Part shown: one piece after another, positions 13,001 through 27,200 of the stretch
How the letters are laid out: each line of letters opens with the position of its first letter
Position numbering within the stretch: the stretch's first letter is position 1
DNA from: Paragordius varius
Taxonomy: Eukaryota; Animalia; Nematomorpha
Assembly (NCBI GenBank): GCA_964247055.1
Contig: OZ176055.1
Coordinates: 9,610,001-9,674,000, forward strand
Direction: 5' to 3'
DNA: 64,000 bases
The notes under the pieces: model-generated
Seen by the model: only the letters and a program-made list of their open reading frames with translations
Database searches by the model: none
Told to the model about the DNA's origin: nothing
Made by a program: the position numbers and the translations under genes

Positions 13001-16000
13001 CTATTTGAAAAATAGAATAGATGGTATATTATACACTTAAGTTTTCAGGTATCATTGCAATGTTAAAATAATAGTTGTTTATTAATATATATAATTATAA
13101 AATATAATTAATTATATATATTTTTTTAGATCGAAGGCATAGTTTATCGGAATCTGCACTAATCGCTGCCGCCAGTGCCCATGTTATAAAGGATGAATTT
13201 GTAAGCTCTTTTCAATTTTTTTTAATTTTTTTACCTCTAAAAAAGTTAATAAAACTATGGTAGGGTTTTAACTGTTTATAAGGATGAATTTGTAAACTCT
13301 CTTTAATATTTTTACCCCTAAAAAGTTATTAAAACTATGGTAGAATAACTGTTTATAAGGATGAATTTGTAAGCTTTTTTTAATTCTTTAATTTTTTTAC
13401 CCCTAAAAAAGTTTTTAAAACTATGCTAGAATAACTGTTTATAAGGATGAATTTGTAAACTTTTTTTATTTCTTTAATTTTTTTACCCCTAAAAAAGTTT
13501 TTAAAACTATGCTTTTTTTTAATTTTTTAATTTTTACACCCCTAAAAAAGTTTTTAAAACTATGCTAGAATAACTGTTTATAAGGTTGAATTTGTAAGCT
13601 CTTTATTTTTTTTATTTTTTACAGTTTAAAAAGTTTTTACAACTATGTTAGTGTTTAACTGTTTATAAGGATGAATTTGTAAACTCTTTTTTATTTTTTT
13701 TAATTTTTTCACACCCCTAAAAAAGTTTTTGAAACTATGCTAGAATAACTGTTTATAAAGGATGAATTTGTAAACTCTTTTTAATTTTTTTACCCCTAAA
13801 AAAGTTTTTAAAACTATGCTAGAATAACTGTTTATAAGGATGAATTTGTAAACTCTTTTTAATTTTTTTTAATTTTTTACACCTCTAAAAAAGATAATAA
13901 AAAACTATGCTAGAATAACTGTTTATAAGGATGAATTTGTAAGCTCTTTTTAATTTTTTTTACCCCTAAAAAGTTAATAAAAAACTATGGTAGGATAACT
14001 GTTTATAAGGATGAATTTGTAAGCTTTTTAATTTTTTTACCCCTAAAAAGTTAATAAAAAATTATGGTAGAATAACTGTTATAAAGGATGAATTTGTAAA
14101 CTCTTTTTTATTTCTTTAATTTTTTCACACCCCTAAAAAAGTTTTTAAAACTATGGTGGAATAACTGTTTATAAGGATGAATTGTAAACTCTTTTTATTC
14201 TTTTTAATTTTTTTGCCCCTAAAAAAGTTTTTAAAACTATGCTTTTAACTGTTTATAAGGACGAATTTGTAAGCTTTTTATTTTTTTTAACACTTAAAAA
14301 AGTTATTAAAAAACTATGGTAGAATAACTGTTTATAAGGATGAATTTGTAAGCTTTTTAATTTTTTACACCCCTAAAAAAGTTATTAAAACTATGGTAGA
14401 ATAACTGTTTATAAGGATGAATTGTAAACTCTTTTTATTTTTAATTTTTTTACCCCTAAAAAAGTTTTTAAAACTATGCTTTTAACTGTTTATAAGGCTT
14501 TTTATTTTTTTTAACACTTAAAAAAGTTATTAAAAAACTATGGTAGAATAACTGTTATTACAGTATAATGGGTGCTTATTTCACACTATAGTTGGACAAT
14601 TTGCAACACAACAGTAGTGTATGGAGCAAAAAGAAAGGAAATAATTGTTTATTTAATATTTTGTTGTTTTTTTCCATACACTACTGTTATTGTGTTGCAA
14701 ATTGCCCTCACTATATATAGTTTGTGTAAAAAAAGCAACACCATCATTATTAAAATGCACACACTGTATTTATGATCAAATCAACTTTCTGAATCAAAAT
14801 CTATGGGAAAATTATGATTTTTCTTATAAAACTAATGAAAGTATCAATAAATATTATAACATTTTTAAGGTAAAATAGCTAATAAATCATAAAATAAATT
14901 TTAATATGTGAAGTTTATACTTTTTTGTGTTTTTATAATGTTACTATACTATTAAGAACAATTTGGCTTAATTTATTTCATATTAGTTACAATATATACT
15001 ATAGATTTTGGAATTAATTTGGTTGGCTTTGACCATCAGTGACTGCATTTTAAAACAGTTAGATAGGTTATAAACCAACCAGCAATATTTTTATTATATG
15101 TATTTAATACTATTTATAATGATTTTCTTGATAAGTTTACACTTTTTTACATAACTCGTGTTTTGATAGTACAAAAATACTAAAACAGAGAGGGTAATTT
15201 AACTTTTTTTCAGTTTTATATCACAGCAAGTTTTTATTTTAATCATAATTTAATTGAATAATAGGACGAAAAAACGGTGATTGAATCAAATGAACAACAG
15301 AATGAACCTCAACGTAGTACTACAGTGTTGAATGCATCATCCATTAATAAACGGAAACGAGGGAATATTGGTGGCAATGCAAACAATGTTGCACACTTTG
15401 AAGAAACGATGGGACAAAGTATTTTTTATTCATTATAGCGTTTTATTTTAAAGATTTAGGGTAAATTCGCGTTAAGAGGGGGGCATACTTTACAGTACAA
15501 ATTGAAATTATACAGACAAATCGTAAAAGATAAAAGAAAACCCCATATATTTTTTCAAAAAATTTAATAAGATATAAATATTTGTTCTTTTAAATGGATT
15601 CTTCGCGTTGTGACCTTGGTGTGGAAAGTTGGTGAATGTGAAAAAAACCGATTATTTATTTATATCAAATGTAACTCATTGTTTAGGGGTCGCAAAGTTA
15701 GGAATAAAGATGTAAATTTGTATTACATAACACACTCAAAACGATTAGAAATTTATAGTATTTTTTCGCAGGACATGTCTATAAAGTATAGTTGTCTTTT
15801 TAAACAAAAAAAGTATGGTTGTGTTTTAGAGTTTTACATTTTGTCCCTATATAATTTCATTTTAACTGTTAGTGGTGACTGAACTAACTCGTAAATATAT
15901 ATGAATATATGGAAATAAATAAGATTTTTTTGCGAAAAAATGTTATATTTCTCACATATTTACATATATTTACTCTTTGCACCAATTAAAATGCCCCTAA

Positions 16001-19000
16001 ATGACAATATTACTTGTTCTTGCAAATTTCATAAATTATGTTGATAATTTAATATATTATTAGGAGGAGATTCATGTAAAAAACTAACCAAAAACAAAGA
16101 CAATGTTTTATCATACGAAGGAATCGAAAAAACAGTACCTCAAGGAAATGAATTAAATGTCGGAGAAGGCGAGGATGGCGATAATATTGATGGTGACGAT
16201 GATATTTTTGAACAAACTGCGACCGCGACTTTGAACGATAGAAAAAGACATAAGGAAACACATCGTGATTCCATTTATAATTATGGTGGTATATATATAT
16301 ATCCTGTTATTTTGAATCAATATAAGTTGCATTTTATTATAATACGTTTTTTAAACAAAATGCTACTATTTACTACTAAACACATTGATTGGTTGAGTGT
16401 GAGGCAGATTTTTACTAATTTCCAATTTTAAGTTAAAACTGAAAGGCTTTCTCTTATTTTATGGGCAAACTTTTATATCAGGGGTGTTCAACACGCGTCC
16501 CTTCAAAATTATTTTGCCGCCCGTGAAAAATTTTAGAAAATCTAAGTACAAATAATTTTCTTAAACAAATTTTCTGAATAAAACTTTCCGGATTTTGGCA
16601 TTAAACTAGTAAAAATTGTTAAAGGAAATAGTAGGTAGTTTTTCACAGTCTATGTTTGAAAGCTAATAAAATGTTTGTTAATTTTTATATTTTGGGAATG
16701 TGGTCCGTAAACCCATTTGTATGTTGAACATCCCCTGTAGAAATGATAAACTTAAACCATGTACACAATAAAAATATTATATTTTAGCCCGTTTCTTTAA
16801 CCACATTGTAACAAATCCAAAACTTTTTTTTCAATGGTTTTAACCTCCATAATACATAAAAACAAAATTATCATATTTTTATTCTATGAAACCGCAAATC
16901 CTGTTTTTTTTAAAGGGGACATTTTAATCCTAACCTAATTTTATTCAATAGATGACAATGACAATGGCAGTAGTGATTTGGTAAAAAAAGCCGATCTTAA
17001 ACGAGCTTTCAATATGACGAAACGCTTTAAACTTAGTATGAGAGACGTAACATTGGCTCAAGCTACAAAGTATGGCACACTCCAGGATTATGCCTTTTTT
17101 GATCGGGTACCACCTGCCTATTTATAATTTGGAATAATTTTTTTTTTACAAAAAAATATTTTTTTCGATTTTTTTTCAATCGATTTTAATGGTTTTTCGT
17201 TGAAAAAAGAGGCCTATATTTTTTAGTCAGAAGTGTCATCACTATTTTGCTAAGCAATTCTGTTAAATAACCTATTCCAATTTTATTTTTCTGAAGAAAA
17301 GTAAAAAAATTTAAAGTAAAAACAAAATTTTAGTTCCAATTTTCATGTTATATACTCGTTTTGTCCCAAATCAATAATTAAGTTTGTATTGTTTCGGTTA
17401 AAACAGCCTTCATTACAAAAATAAATAATTTTATTTTATGTTCATAGAAAAAAGTGAATTTTTTTAAAGGAAAATCTCGTTTTTATAATTTCATATTTGC
17501 ATTCGTCAATATTGAATAAAAAAGCGATGGGGTCTTAGTAAAAAAATGTTGTTTTATATATTTATTAAAAATGGTAAAATTTTTAGGATACTTTAACTTT
17601 TTAAGCATTATTTAAAGCATACAGTAATGATATTAATGGTTGGTTATTTCACACAACACTATAGTAGGGTAATTTGCAACACTATAGGTACAGTTGTATG
17701 GAAAAAAGTATGGAAAAGATTGTTTATTCAAGATTTTGTTGCTTTTTTCCATACACTACTGTGTCGCTTACAATTCCCCTATTATAGTGTTTTGTTAAAT
17801 AAGCAAATTCATTATTAAAAAGCATAATTTTATATCATTTTAGGTTCAAAAAGCTTTAGATAATCGGGCCGTCTACAATAATTTTATGCGATGTCTCAAC
17901 CTTTACATTATGGACATTATTAATGAATGTGATTTACTGTGCTTAGCTCAAAAATTTTTTGTGAGACACGTTGAGTTATGGAAGGAACTTAAAACGTTCC
18001 TAGGTTATTTATTTTTTTTATATTGTTCTAAAATCTTTAAAAACTCATTTTAATCCAAAAAAATATGTTGTGCCTTTAAAGTATAAAGTTTGATACTTCC
18101 TTTTCATATTTTTTTGGATACTTGAAGTGATTCAATCTGTTATAAATACAGTAAAAAATGAAATTATACGGATAAATAATTTTTTCTAATATGCAACCCT
18201 ATACTTTTCTTCGTTTTTTTAAATATAACTGCAATCATTAAAATGCATATACCATTTACAGTTCAAATTCACCCTTTAACAATTCAAATTCACCCTTTAA
18301 CAATTCAAATTCACCCTCGAACAATTCAAATTCACCTTTGAACAATTTAAATTCACCTTAAAAATTAATTATGGTTTACGAACTAATATAACTAATTTAA
18401 TATGAAATATATGTTTATAGTTTATTATTTTTTAAGTATTATTTTAATTGAAAACATAATTTTTATTTTTTAAAAATATATGAAATATAGGTAATTTTTA
18501 ATCTTAAAAAACTTATATTTTTTTGAGGGTGAATTTGAATTGTTCAAGGGTGAATTTGAATTGTTCAAGGGTGAATTTGAATTGTTCAAGGGTGAATTTG
18601 AATTGTTCAAGGGTGAATTTGAATTGTTCAAGGGTGAATTTGAATTGTTATGGGTGAAATTGAATTGTAAATGGTATAATTAAATATATATTTTATCCGT
18701 TTAATTATGTTAATATTTATAGAGCTATCCAATAATTATAATTTAAAATTAATTTATGCAATACCAAAAAAATTTAGGATTTAATGAATCCGATAAAGCC
18801 ATAGTATACAGTAAAATGGATGATTATGAATATGAAGATGGCACAAATCTTACTACTAACAATGCTGCCACGTCGTCTGAAAGCAAGAATAAAGACCCTA
18901 ATACTAATATTTCCGCAAATAATACGAATTTGGGTAAACGGAAAAGGCTTAGTGCTTTTGGTGACCATGGGGATGATAAGGTTTTTTTTTCAAAGATAGT

Positions 19001-22000
19001 TTTAAAATAAATTTGAAAAAATGTCATATAATAGATTGATTGAATGATTTAAGCACTGTTTTTTTCTCTTATGTAGCTTGTTTTTTGCCAGTTTATAGGG
19101 GGATTTTTTTATGTTAGCATTGTATACACTTAAAACAGAGCTTTTTTGGTATTTTGGTTAATAAATCTTTTGATTATAAACTTTCTATCAGTTTATATTT
19201 ATACCACAGTAAAAATTGTAACGAAACCTGAAATTATAAAGACAAATATTTTGTTAAAAGACAACCATACTTTTTGAAACCCTTAACATTCCTTATAAAT
19301 TATTTCATTACAATTGTAAACTATATAATATATTGAGTTACCCATATACGTTTATATTTTATATTTCTTTGCTATTTGAAACAACGGTTTAATTTCAAAT
19401 TCAAGATTTTAATAGTATGGTTGTCTTTTGAAAAAAAAAACAATTTTGTCTCTATATTTTACGTTTTGTCCGTATAATTTCAATTTACTGTACATAACAT
19501 TTACACATTCCACTTAAACACTTTCAATTTACCCTAAAAATAGTTATGTTTTTAAAAATTCAATAATACCTAATTTTATTTTCAAGAAATGAAATTTTGG
19601 TTAAAATTAAAATAACACAGAAAAAATAATAAACTATGTTATAAGAAATATTTTATATGAAACACATAATACATTTTAATGATGAATTTGAAATGTTCGA
19701 GGGTGAATATGAAGTGTCTAAGGGTCAATGTGAAATGTTTGAGGGTTAATTTGGTTTTAAATGGTATACATACATACCATATATATACACCATTGATTTA
19801 AATTCACCCTAAAAATAAATTATGTGTTTCCTGGCTAATATAACTCCTCAGTAATATGAAATATATCTTTATGGCATATTTTATAATTTTTCAGCCTTAT
19901 ATTAAATTTAAACAAAGGTTTATTTTTTAAATAATTTAAAACACTAAATTTTTTTTAATGATAAATTTGAATTGTTTCAGGGTGAAATTGAAATGTATTT
20001 AAAACGTTTAAGGGTTAATTTGAGGTTTTAATGGTTTACATACATAACATATATATATTAAATCACATAATCAATATTAATTTTTGGTAGGTATATAGTG
20101 ATAGTTAAATAAAACTATATTCTACCTTTTTTCTCCTATATTTTGATTAGACATCATCGTACAATAATACTAATAATTCAACCAACAATATTAATTCTGT
20201 TATAAGCAATCACCTGATCATGATGGGTTCAGGCTCTTTATCGAGTAACGCCTCTGATATAAATCCTTCGAAACATCAAACAATGGTGGAAAACGTAAAT
20301 TTGACAGCAGGAAAAATTCTAAGTTCTGAAGCATTGAAAGATTTAGCAAAACGAATCCCGGGTGAAATTACACTTCAATTAGGTGAGCTTGTGGGGCTTT
20401 TTTCATTTTATAGCCAATAAAATTGTCTTTTAACTATACATAGGGGGGCGTTTAAATATATGTGATAATTTTTTTGAACTTTTCCGGTTTTTTGAATTGA
20501 TTTGTAGTTGATATAAGGCAAGAAAATTTTATTAAACAATATAAAGTCTTTTGATGCATGTCAAAATTTTCATATCCTCATAAATAATTTGTGGGGCGTA
20601 GGGGGTGTCTTATTTTTATGAATTATAAGTATTTATTAATGGGTGGGATTTCATCAGTTAGGATTTGACCTTGATGACAACAAGCGTTTTAAAAATTATT
20701 TTTTATAATTTAAATATAAAATAAAATGTTTGTGTAAAAAATATTTGTCTTTTTATTTTTTACTGTCATTTCACAAGAACATAATTAGATTGTTTTATTT
20801 TCCCATTCAGATTATGCTTCGCTCAAAAAGTGTGGGGTTAGTTATCGCGCTTTACCCCTTTCATATCAAAGACCTGTCTGTAGTGGAAGAACATTAATTT
20901 GCAAACAAGTATATGTCATTTTTTATATTTTACGTTTTTTTTGCCCGACGTGGAGTTTAAAACAATGAATAGTATATATATAATGAAATTATACAGACAA
21001 AAGTATTAAAGAAAAATATTTTTTTTTCTTATAAAGACAATCATATTGTATTAAAACGTTGATTTTTTTGGAGATAACTCATCATTTTGGATTGCTAAAT
21101 AGTTAATAAAGAATGACTGAACTTAATTTTATACCATTTACAATTCAAATTCACACTAAAAATAAATTATGTGTTTTGGCTTATATAACTCATTATTAAT
21201 ATAAGTACGGTGAATTTGAATTGTTCAAGGGTGAATTTAAATATTTTATCATACAAAAATCATGGTTTAAAAAAAGTATGGTTTTCATATGAAAAGAAAT
21301 ACTTGTTTTTTCGTTTTTCATTTTGTCTATAAAAATTTTCTTTTTTTACTGTAATAGCCAAAAACTTTAGATTATAGTCACATAATTAACCTTTATTAAT
21401 AATAGGTCCTTAATGATACATATGTATCATTTGCTTCATGGTCTGAGGATTCAACATTTGTTTCATCCAAAAAATCATCTTTTGAGGAAAATATTTATCG
21501 GACAGAAGATGAAAGGTTTTTTTTGTTTTAACTTCAAACATTGTTTATTTTGAAATATTTGTTAAGCACTTCCATTTTATACATTTTCACAAAATACATT
21601 TTTACCATTGTAAAAAAGAAACATACACTAACATTTGTTTAATTAAAAATTGGTATTTACTACAGTATGCATTCTATTGGTTACTACACTATAGTAGGGG
21701 AATTTGCAACACAGTACAGTAGTGTATGGAAAAAAGAAAGGATCTTATTTGTTTATATGGTATTTTGTTGTTTTTTCCATACACTACTGTTGTGTTGCAA
21801 ATTTCCCTACTATAGTGTTGTGAAATAAGCAACAAATCATTAAAATGCATACTGTATAATCAAATAATTTCAGTTTTTAACTAAATCTCATTTTTCGATT
21901 ATGGAAAATTATGTTTTTATGTTCAAACATAATACTTTTGAATTAATTATGTAATATTGTTTTTGCAAAAACCTGCATTTTAACTTAAGATTTTATGCTT

Positions 22001-22479
22001 CTTAGGTTTGAGTTAGATGTCGTTATTGAATCTGCTCGACATACAGTACGGACTTTGGAGAAAACGCTGTATATCCTACAAAACCCACCAGCAAAACTTG
22101 CTCACACTAATTATTATTACAAAACGAACAATTCCTTGAAATTTGGCATGGGGACAGCAGAAAATGATTCACCACACTCGGAATTATACGTGGAGGAAGC
22201 GAAACCACTTAAAATACCTCTAGATGATCGGTATTTAGCATACTATAATGTTAAAATTATTTTTTTTGAAGGGGGGGGGGACTTTAAAAATGTTTAAATA
22301 AATTAGATTTTAATCAAAAATTTACGATTATTTAACTCAAAATGGAGCTTAAGATAATTAAAAATAAAATTTTGAACTAAACCGCAAAGATATCGATGTT
22401 GGGACATCCTTTTTTTTAATATTGACTCAAAAGTTTTTTCGGTTGGTTGGTGCACAACAAAAATATCCTTAGATGATAA

Positions 22480-22531
<52 letters not shown>

Positions 22532-23983
22532 CTGTAAATTTTATTATATATCAACGACAAAATGTGAAAAATACAATTTTACACAAATATAAAGACAGCC
22601 ATACTTTTAAAACCCTAACTTTATTTAATATAAAACTGGTGTTTTGCGTTGTTAAATAAGGTGGATTGACATGTAAATTAAAAATATACTTTTTTATAAG
22701 TTTCTTAATTGATCATTTACGTTTTATAGAACACATCACCGTATAAAAAAGTATGGCTGTTTTTTTTCAAAAAAATAATTGTTTTTTACTTTTTACGTTT
22801 TCTCTTTAGAATTTTATTTTCTACTGTATATATGCTTGAAAAATCTTTTATTTTCTGGGTTAAATAATGAGTTTATAATATTCGCTTTTTTAATTTTTTT
22901 TGTTGGTATGTGTAATAATCATGTATATATATATATATATATTATAATTTTTTATCCCTATATTATGCTTGGTTAATTTTCACAAAAAACAAATTTTTTT
23001 CTCGCACTAATTTATTTAAGAATATCCAAATTTTTAAACTATAAAGGTTTTTAAAAATTATAATTATTTATTTATATACAATTGTATATTAGATTGGGGG
23101 GTCGGAGTTCTGTTTTACATCGAAAAACTATATACCGTATATACGGAGATCGTGGGTCCGATATAATTGAAGGCATTAAAACGAACCCGCTTGTAGCCAT
23201 ACCATTTGTCCTGAGAAGGTTAGTTTTACTATAGTTAGTTTTTTTCTTTCTGAGACATTAGACAGAGGTAATATATTGAAGTCTGAAAATTTGACTAGAA
23301 AAAGTATAAAAAGTTTTGGAAAAAGCAACTTGAGAAGGTTAGTTTAGTTAGTTTTTTTCCTTATGAAACTTTACAGGGTAATATTGAAAAATGTATAGAA
23401 AAGGTCTAAAAAGTTTTGGAAAAAGCAACGTAATTAAAAGTATAATACTGTCATTTTTTTATAAGTAAACCATATATTTGATTTCGGATAAAAATATATA
23501 GCTATAGCCTATATAATTACTCCTGTGAAATATAAAATTAGGAATGCTCTTTAATCAAGAGCATGGTCTTTGCAAAACATTATTTTATAACCTTATAGAT
23601 ATTTTATGATAAAGTAGTTATTTTTACTAATAATTAATCTTTGAATCTTTAATCTTCAATTTTTACATTATTTTCTGCTTATTTTCATAATTATATACTT
23701 GCTAATAATTCAGATTAATGCATTTTTTAAACCAAAAAGTTTTAAAGACTAACGTAGTTATATTTTTTAACCCTGATTTTATCTACATAAACTCTAAAAA
23801 ACAATTGTGGGAATATTATAATTGAGTATGTTACTACCAATTTATATATCTATTTCCTTTATTTTGCAATCCAAAACGATGAGTATATATATATATATAT
23901 ATAAAACTGTGTTTCCAAAGTATAGTTGTCTCTTTTTCAAAAAATGTATTTTAGTTTAGCGTTTTTAGATCTACAATTTTTAC

Positions 23984-24025
<42 letters not shown>

Positions 24026-24176
24026 TGCATGTATGATAGATTAAAAGCTAAAATCGAATATATATATATATATATATATATAAATCAGTGTTTCAAAAGT
24101 ATAGTTGTCCCTTTTTCAAAAAATATATTTTAGTTTTAGCGTTTTTTGTCAAAAGATATATATCTACAATTTTTAC

Positions 24177-24212
<36 letters not shown>

Positions 24213-27200
24213 TGCATGTATGTAATAGATTAAAAGCTAAAATCGAATATATATATATATATATAAATCAGTGTTTCCAAAGAGTAGTTGTTCCCTTTTC
24301 AAAATCATATTTTAGTTTTAGCGTTTTTTTGTCTAAAGATATATCTACAATTTTTACTGCATATAAATATATATATGTGTGCATGTATGATAGATTAAAA
24401 GCTAAAATCGATTATATATATATATATATATATAAATCAGTGTTTCCAAAGAATAGTTGTCCCTTTTTCAAAAAATATATTTTAGTTTTAGCGTTTTTGT
24501 CATATATAAATATATATATATAAATCAGTGTTTCCAGAGTATAGTTGTCCCTTTTTCAAAAAATATATTTTAGTTTCTTTTTATACTTTTTAGATCTACA
24601 ATTTTTACTGTATGATAGATTAAAAGCTAAAATCGATTATATACAGTATGCATTTTAATGTCTGTTAAGTAATTTTATTGCCTGCCAAATAACATAAATG
24701 GTTCATCAAAAGCGTAAAATACTGACCCACGAAATTATTTCGTAGTACACATATGAAAGAAGATTGACGTGAGAATTAACATAGGCTTTAATTTGATGGA
24801 TATTTTGTAATGTTAAATTTTGGGAATATTATAGCAATTTATGTTAACATTTGTAATATTGTTGTTACGTATTTAGATGCGGAATTTTGTGGGTTTTTAT
24901 CTTTGATAAATTAATAAATAGTAAAATACGTATTTTAAGATATTTTATGTTATTTATTCCTAAATTTAATAATAAATATTTTTCAACATGCTAAATACCT
25001 GTATTAATTAATTTTGGTATTATAATTTTATATAGTTGTTATTACTAATTAAAAAAACACAGGTAAATATATATTTGTGAAAATTTAAGTAGATTTTTGT
25101 CTTTTATGTTTTGCATTATTTTTATCAGGTAAAAATTGCGGTTTTTAATAAATTTCCTAAAAATTAAGTTTTTTTTGTTTTTTAGGTTTTGCATTGTTAG
25201 TTGTAATTAATTACTACATATTTTGGACATTATAATAAATAGAGGTAAAAATTGCGGTTTTTAATAAATTTACTAAAAATTTTGTTTTTTTGTGTTTTTT
25301 TAGGTTTTGCATTGTTAATTGTAATTAACTACTACATATTTTGGACATTTTAATAATTACAGGTAAAAATTGCGGTTTTTAACAAATTTAGTAAAAATTT
25401 TGTTTTTTTTTGTTTTTTTAGGTTTTGCATTGTTAATTGTAATTAACTACTACATATTTTGGACATTTTAATAATTACAGGTAAAAATTGCGGTTTTTAA
25501 CAAATTCAGTAAATATTTAGTTTTTTTTGTTTTTTTTTAGGTTTTGCATTGTTAATTGTAACTAACTACTGCATATTTTGGACATTATAATAATTACAAA
25601 ATTTAGTAAAAAGTTAATTTTTTTGTTTTAGAGGATTTTCATTGTTAATTGTAATTAATTAATTTTGGACATTTCAATTAATAAAGGTAAAAAATGAGGT
25701 TGTTTTTATATTTAATAAAATTTAATATTTTCTTGTTTTTTTATTTAATATTGTTAATTGTAATTAATTACTACATATTTGGAAATTTTAATAAATAAAG
25801 GTGAAAATGGCGGTTTTTAACAAATTTCAAATGTAACATTTTTTGTATCTTGTATCATTGTTATTTAATTAATTACTAAATATTTTGGACATTTAAAAAA
25901 CTTGTGTAAATTGCGGTTTTTATTAAATTAGTAAATTTTATTTTTTGTTCATTGCTAATTTATTTATCACTATATATTTGTGATACATTGATATATACAG
26001 GTAAAAATTATATGACTTGCGGTTTTTTGAATTTTTTAAAATATTTTTTTTACATTGATAACTTATATAATAAATATAGTTAACATATCTGAGTAGGTTA
26101 AAATGCATGTTACGGTTTTATGTTTGACATTTTATTTTCCATCAACTATTTATATTTTAACAAACAACTTATGTCACCAAAGATTGAAAATAAGATCAAG
26201 ATATATAAAACATATTTTAAAGTATCTGAATATCGCCAAATATAAATAAATTTATTTAAATTATAAATGTATAATTATACAAAATATTCATATTATGTTT
26301 GAAATTAACATTCTTCTTATTGATATTAATACAGGTAATTTGTTTATATAAATGATGTACGATGCGGTGTGCGTTCATGATGATCATATGGATTCAGAAT
26401 AGTATAAGATGTAGATAATCCTGAAAATTTTAATCACCATCATTTTTTAGGTAGATTCTATCACCTAAAATATAAGATAATTGATATATTAGAAAATTGA
26501 TACCTGGATTAAATATTGGGGGAAACATTCATAGTTTGAAAGGGAACTCAAAAGGTTGACTTGGCTTTTTAACAACTAAATTTGCAAAAAAATATTTTCT
26601 TCATGATAAAAAATTCAAAAATGATACCTTATTTTACGTTTTCGTTTTACCATCCTAAACTATAAATATAAAAAATTATTCTTCACCAAAGCAAACAATG
26701 TTAGTGTTGCCTGCTTTTGGAGTGCTGTTGCATTCCAAGCTTTTGAAAAAAATTATTTGTTTCTATTTTCTATTTGACGTCATTGGTATGGTGAAATCAT
26801 ATAAGCCTTTTCATATTTATAGTTTAGGATGGTAGAACGAAAAAAAACATAAAGTATCATTTTTGAATATTTTATCATGAAGAAAATATTTTTTTGCAAA
26901 TTTAGTTGTTAAAAAGCCAAGTCAACCTTTTGAGTTTCCTTTCAAACTATGAATGTTTCCCCTAATATTTCCAGGTATCAATTTTCTAATATATCAATTA
27001 TCTTATATTTTAGGTGATAGAATCTACCAAAAAAATGATGGTGATTAAAATTTTCAGGATTATCTTCATCTTATACTATTCTTCCATCCATATGATCATC
27101 ATGAACGCACACCGCATCGTACATCATTTATATAAACAAATTACCTGTATTAATATCAATAAGAAGAATGTTAATTTCAAACATAATATGAATATTTTGT

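Noticed and set aside
13182-14560. CRISPR-like array
   Set aside because: Whole units are homologous, with no unique spacers, no cas genes and a eukaryotic intron context. The same applies to the 118-bp subrepeats of the foldback.
24146-24523. ORFs containing DRLKAKI and IYIYIY (also 28989-29180 and 29135-29374) as separate genes or a SIN3 paralogue
   Set aside because: They are read-through of the tandem array units and TA microsatellites; only 29378-29561 continues into conserved SIN3 sequence.
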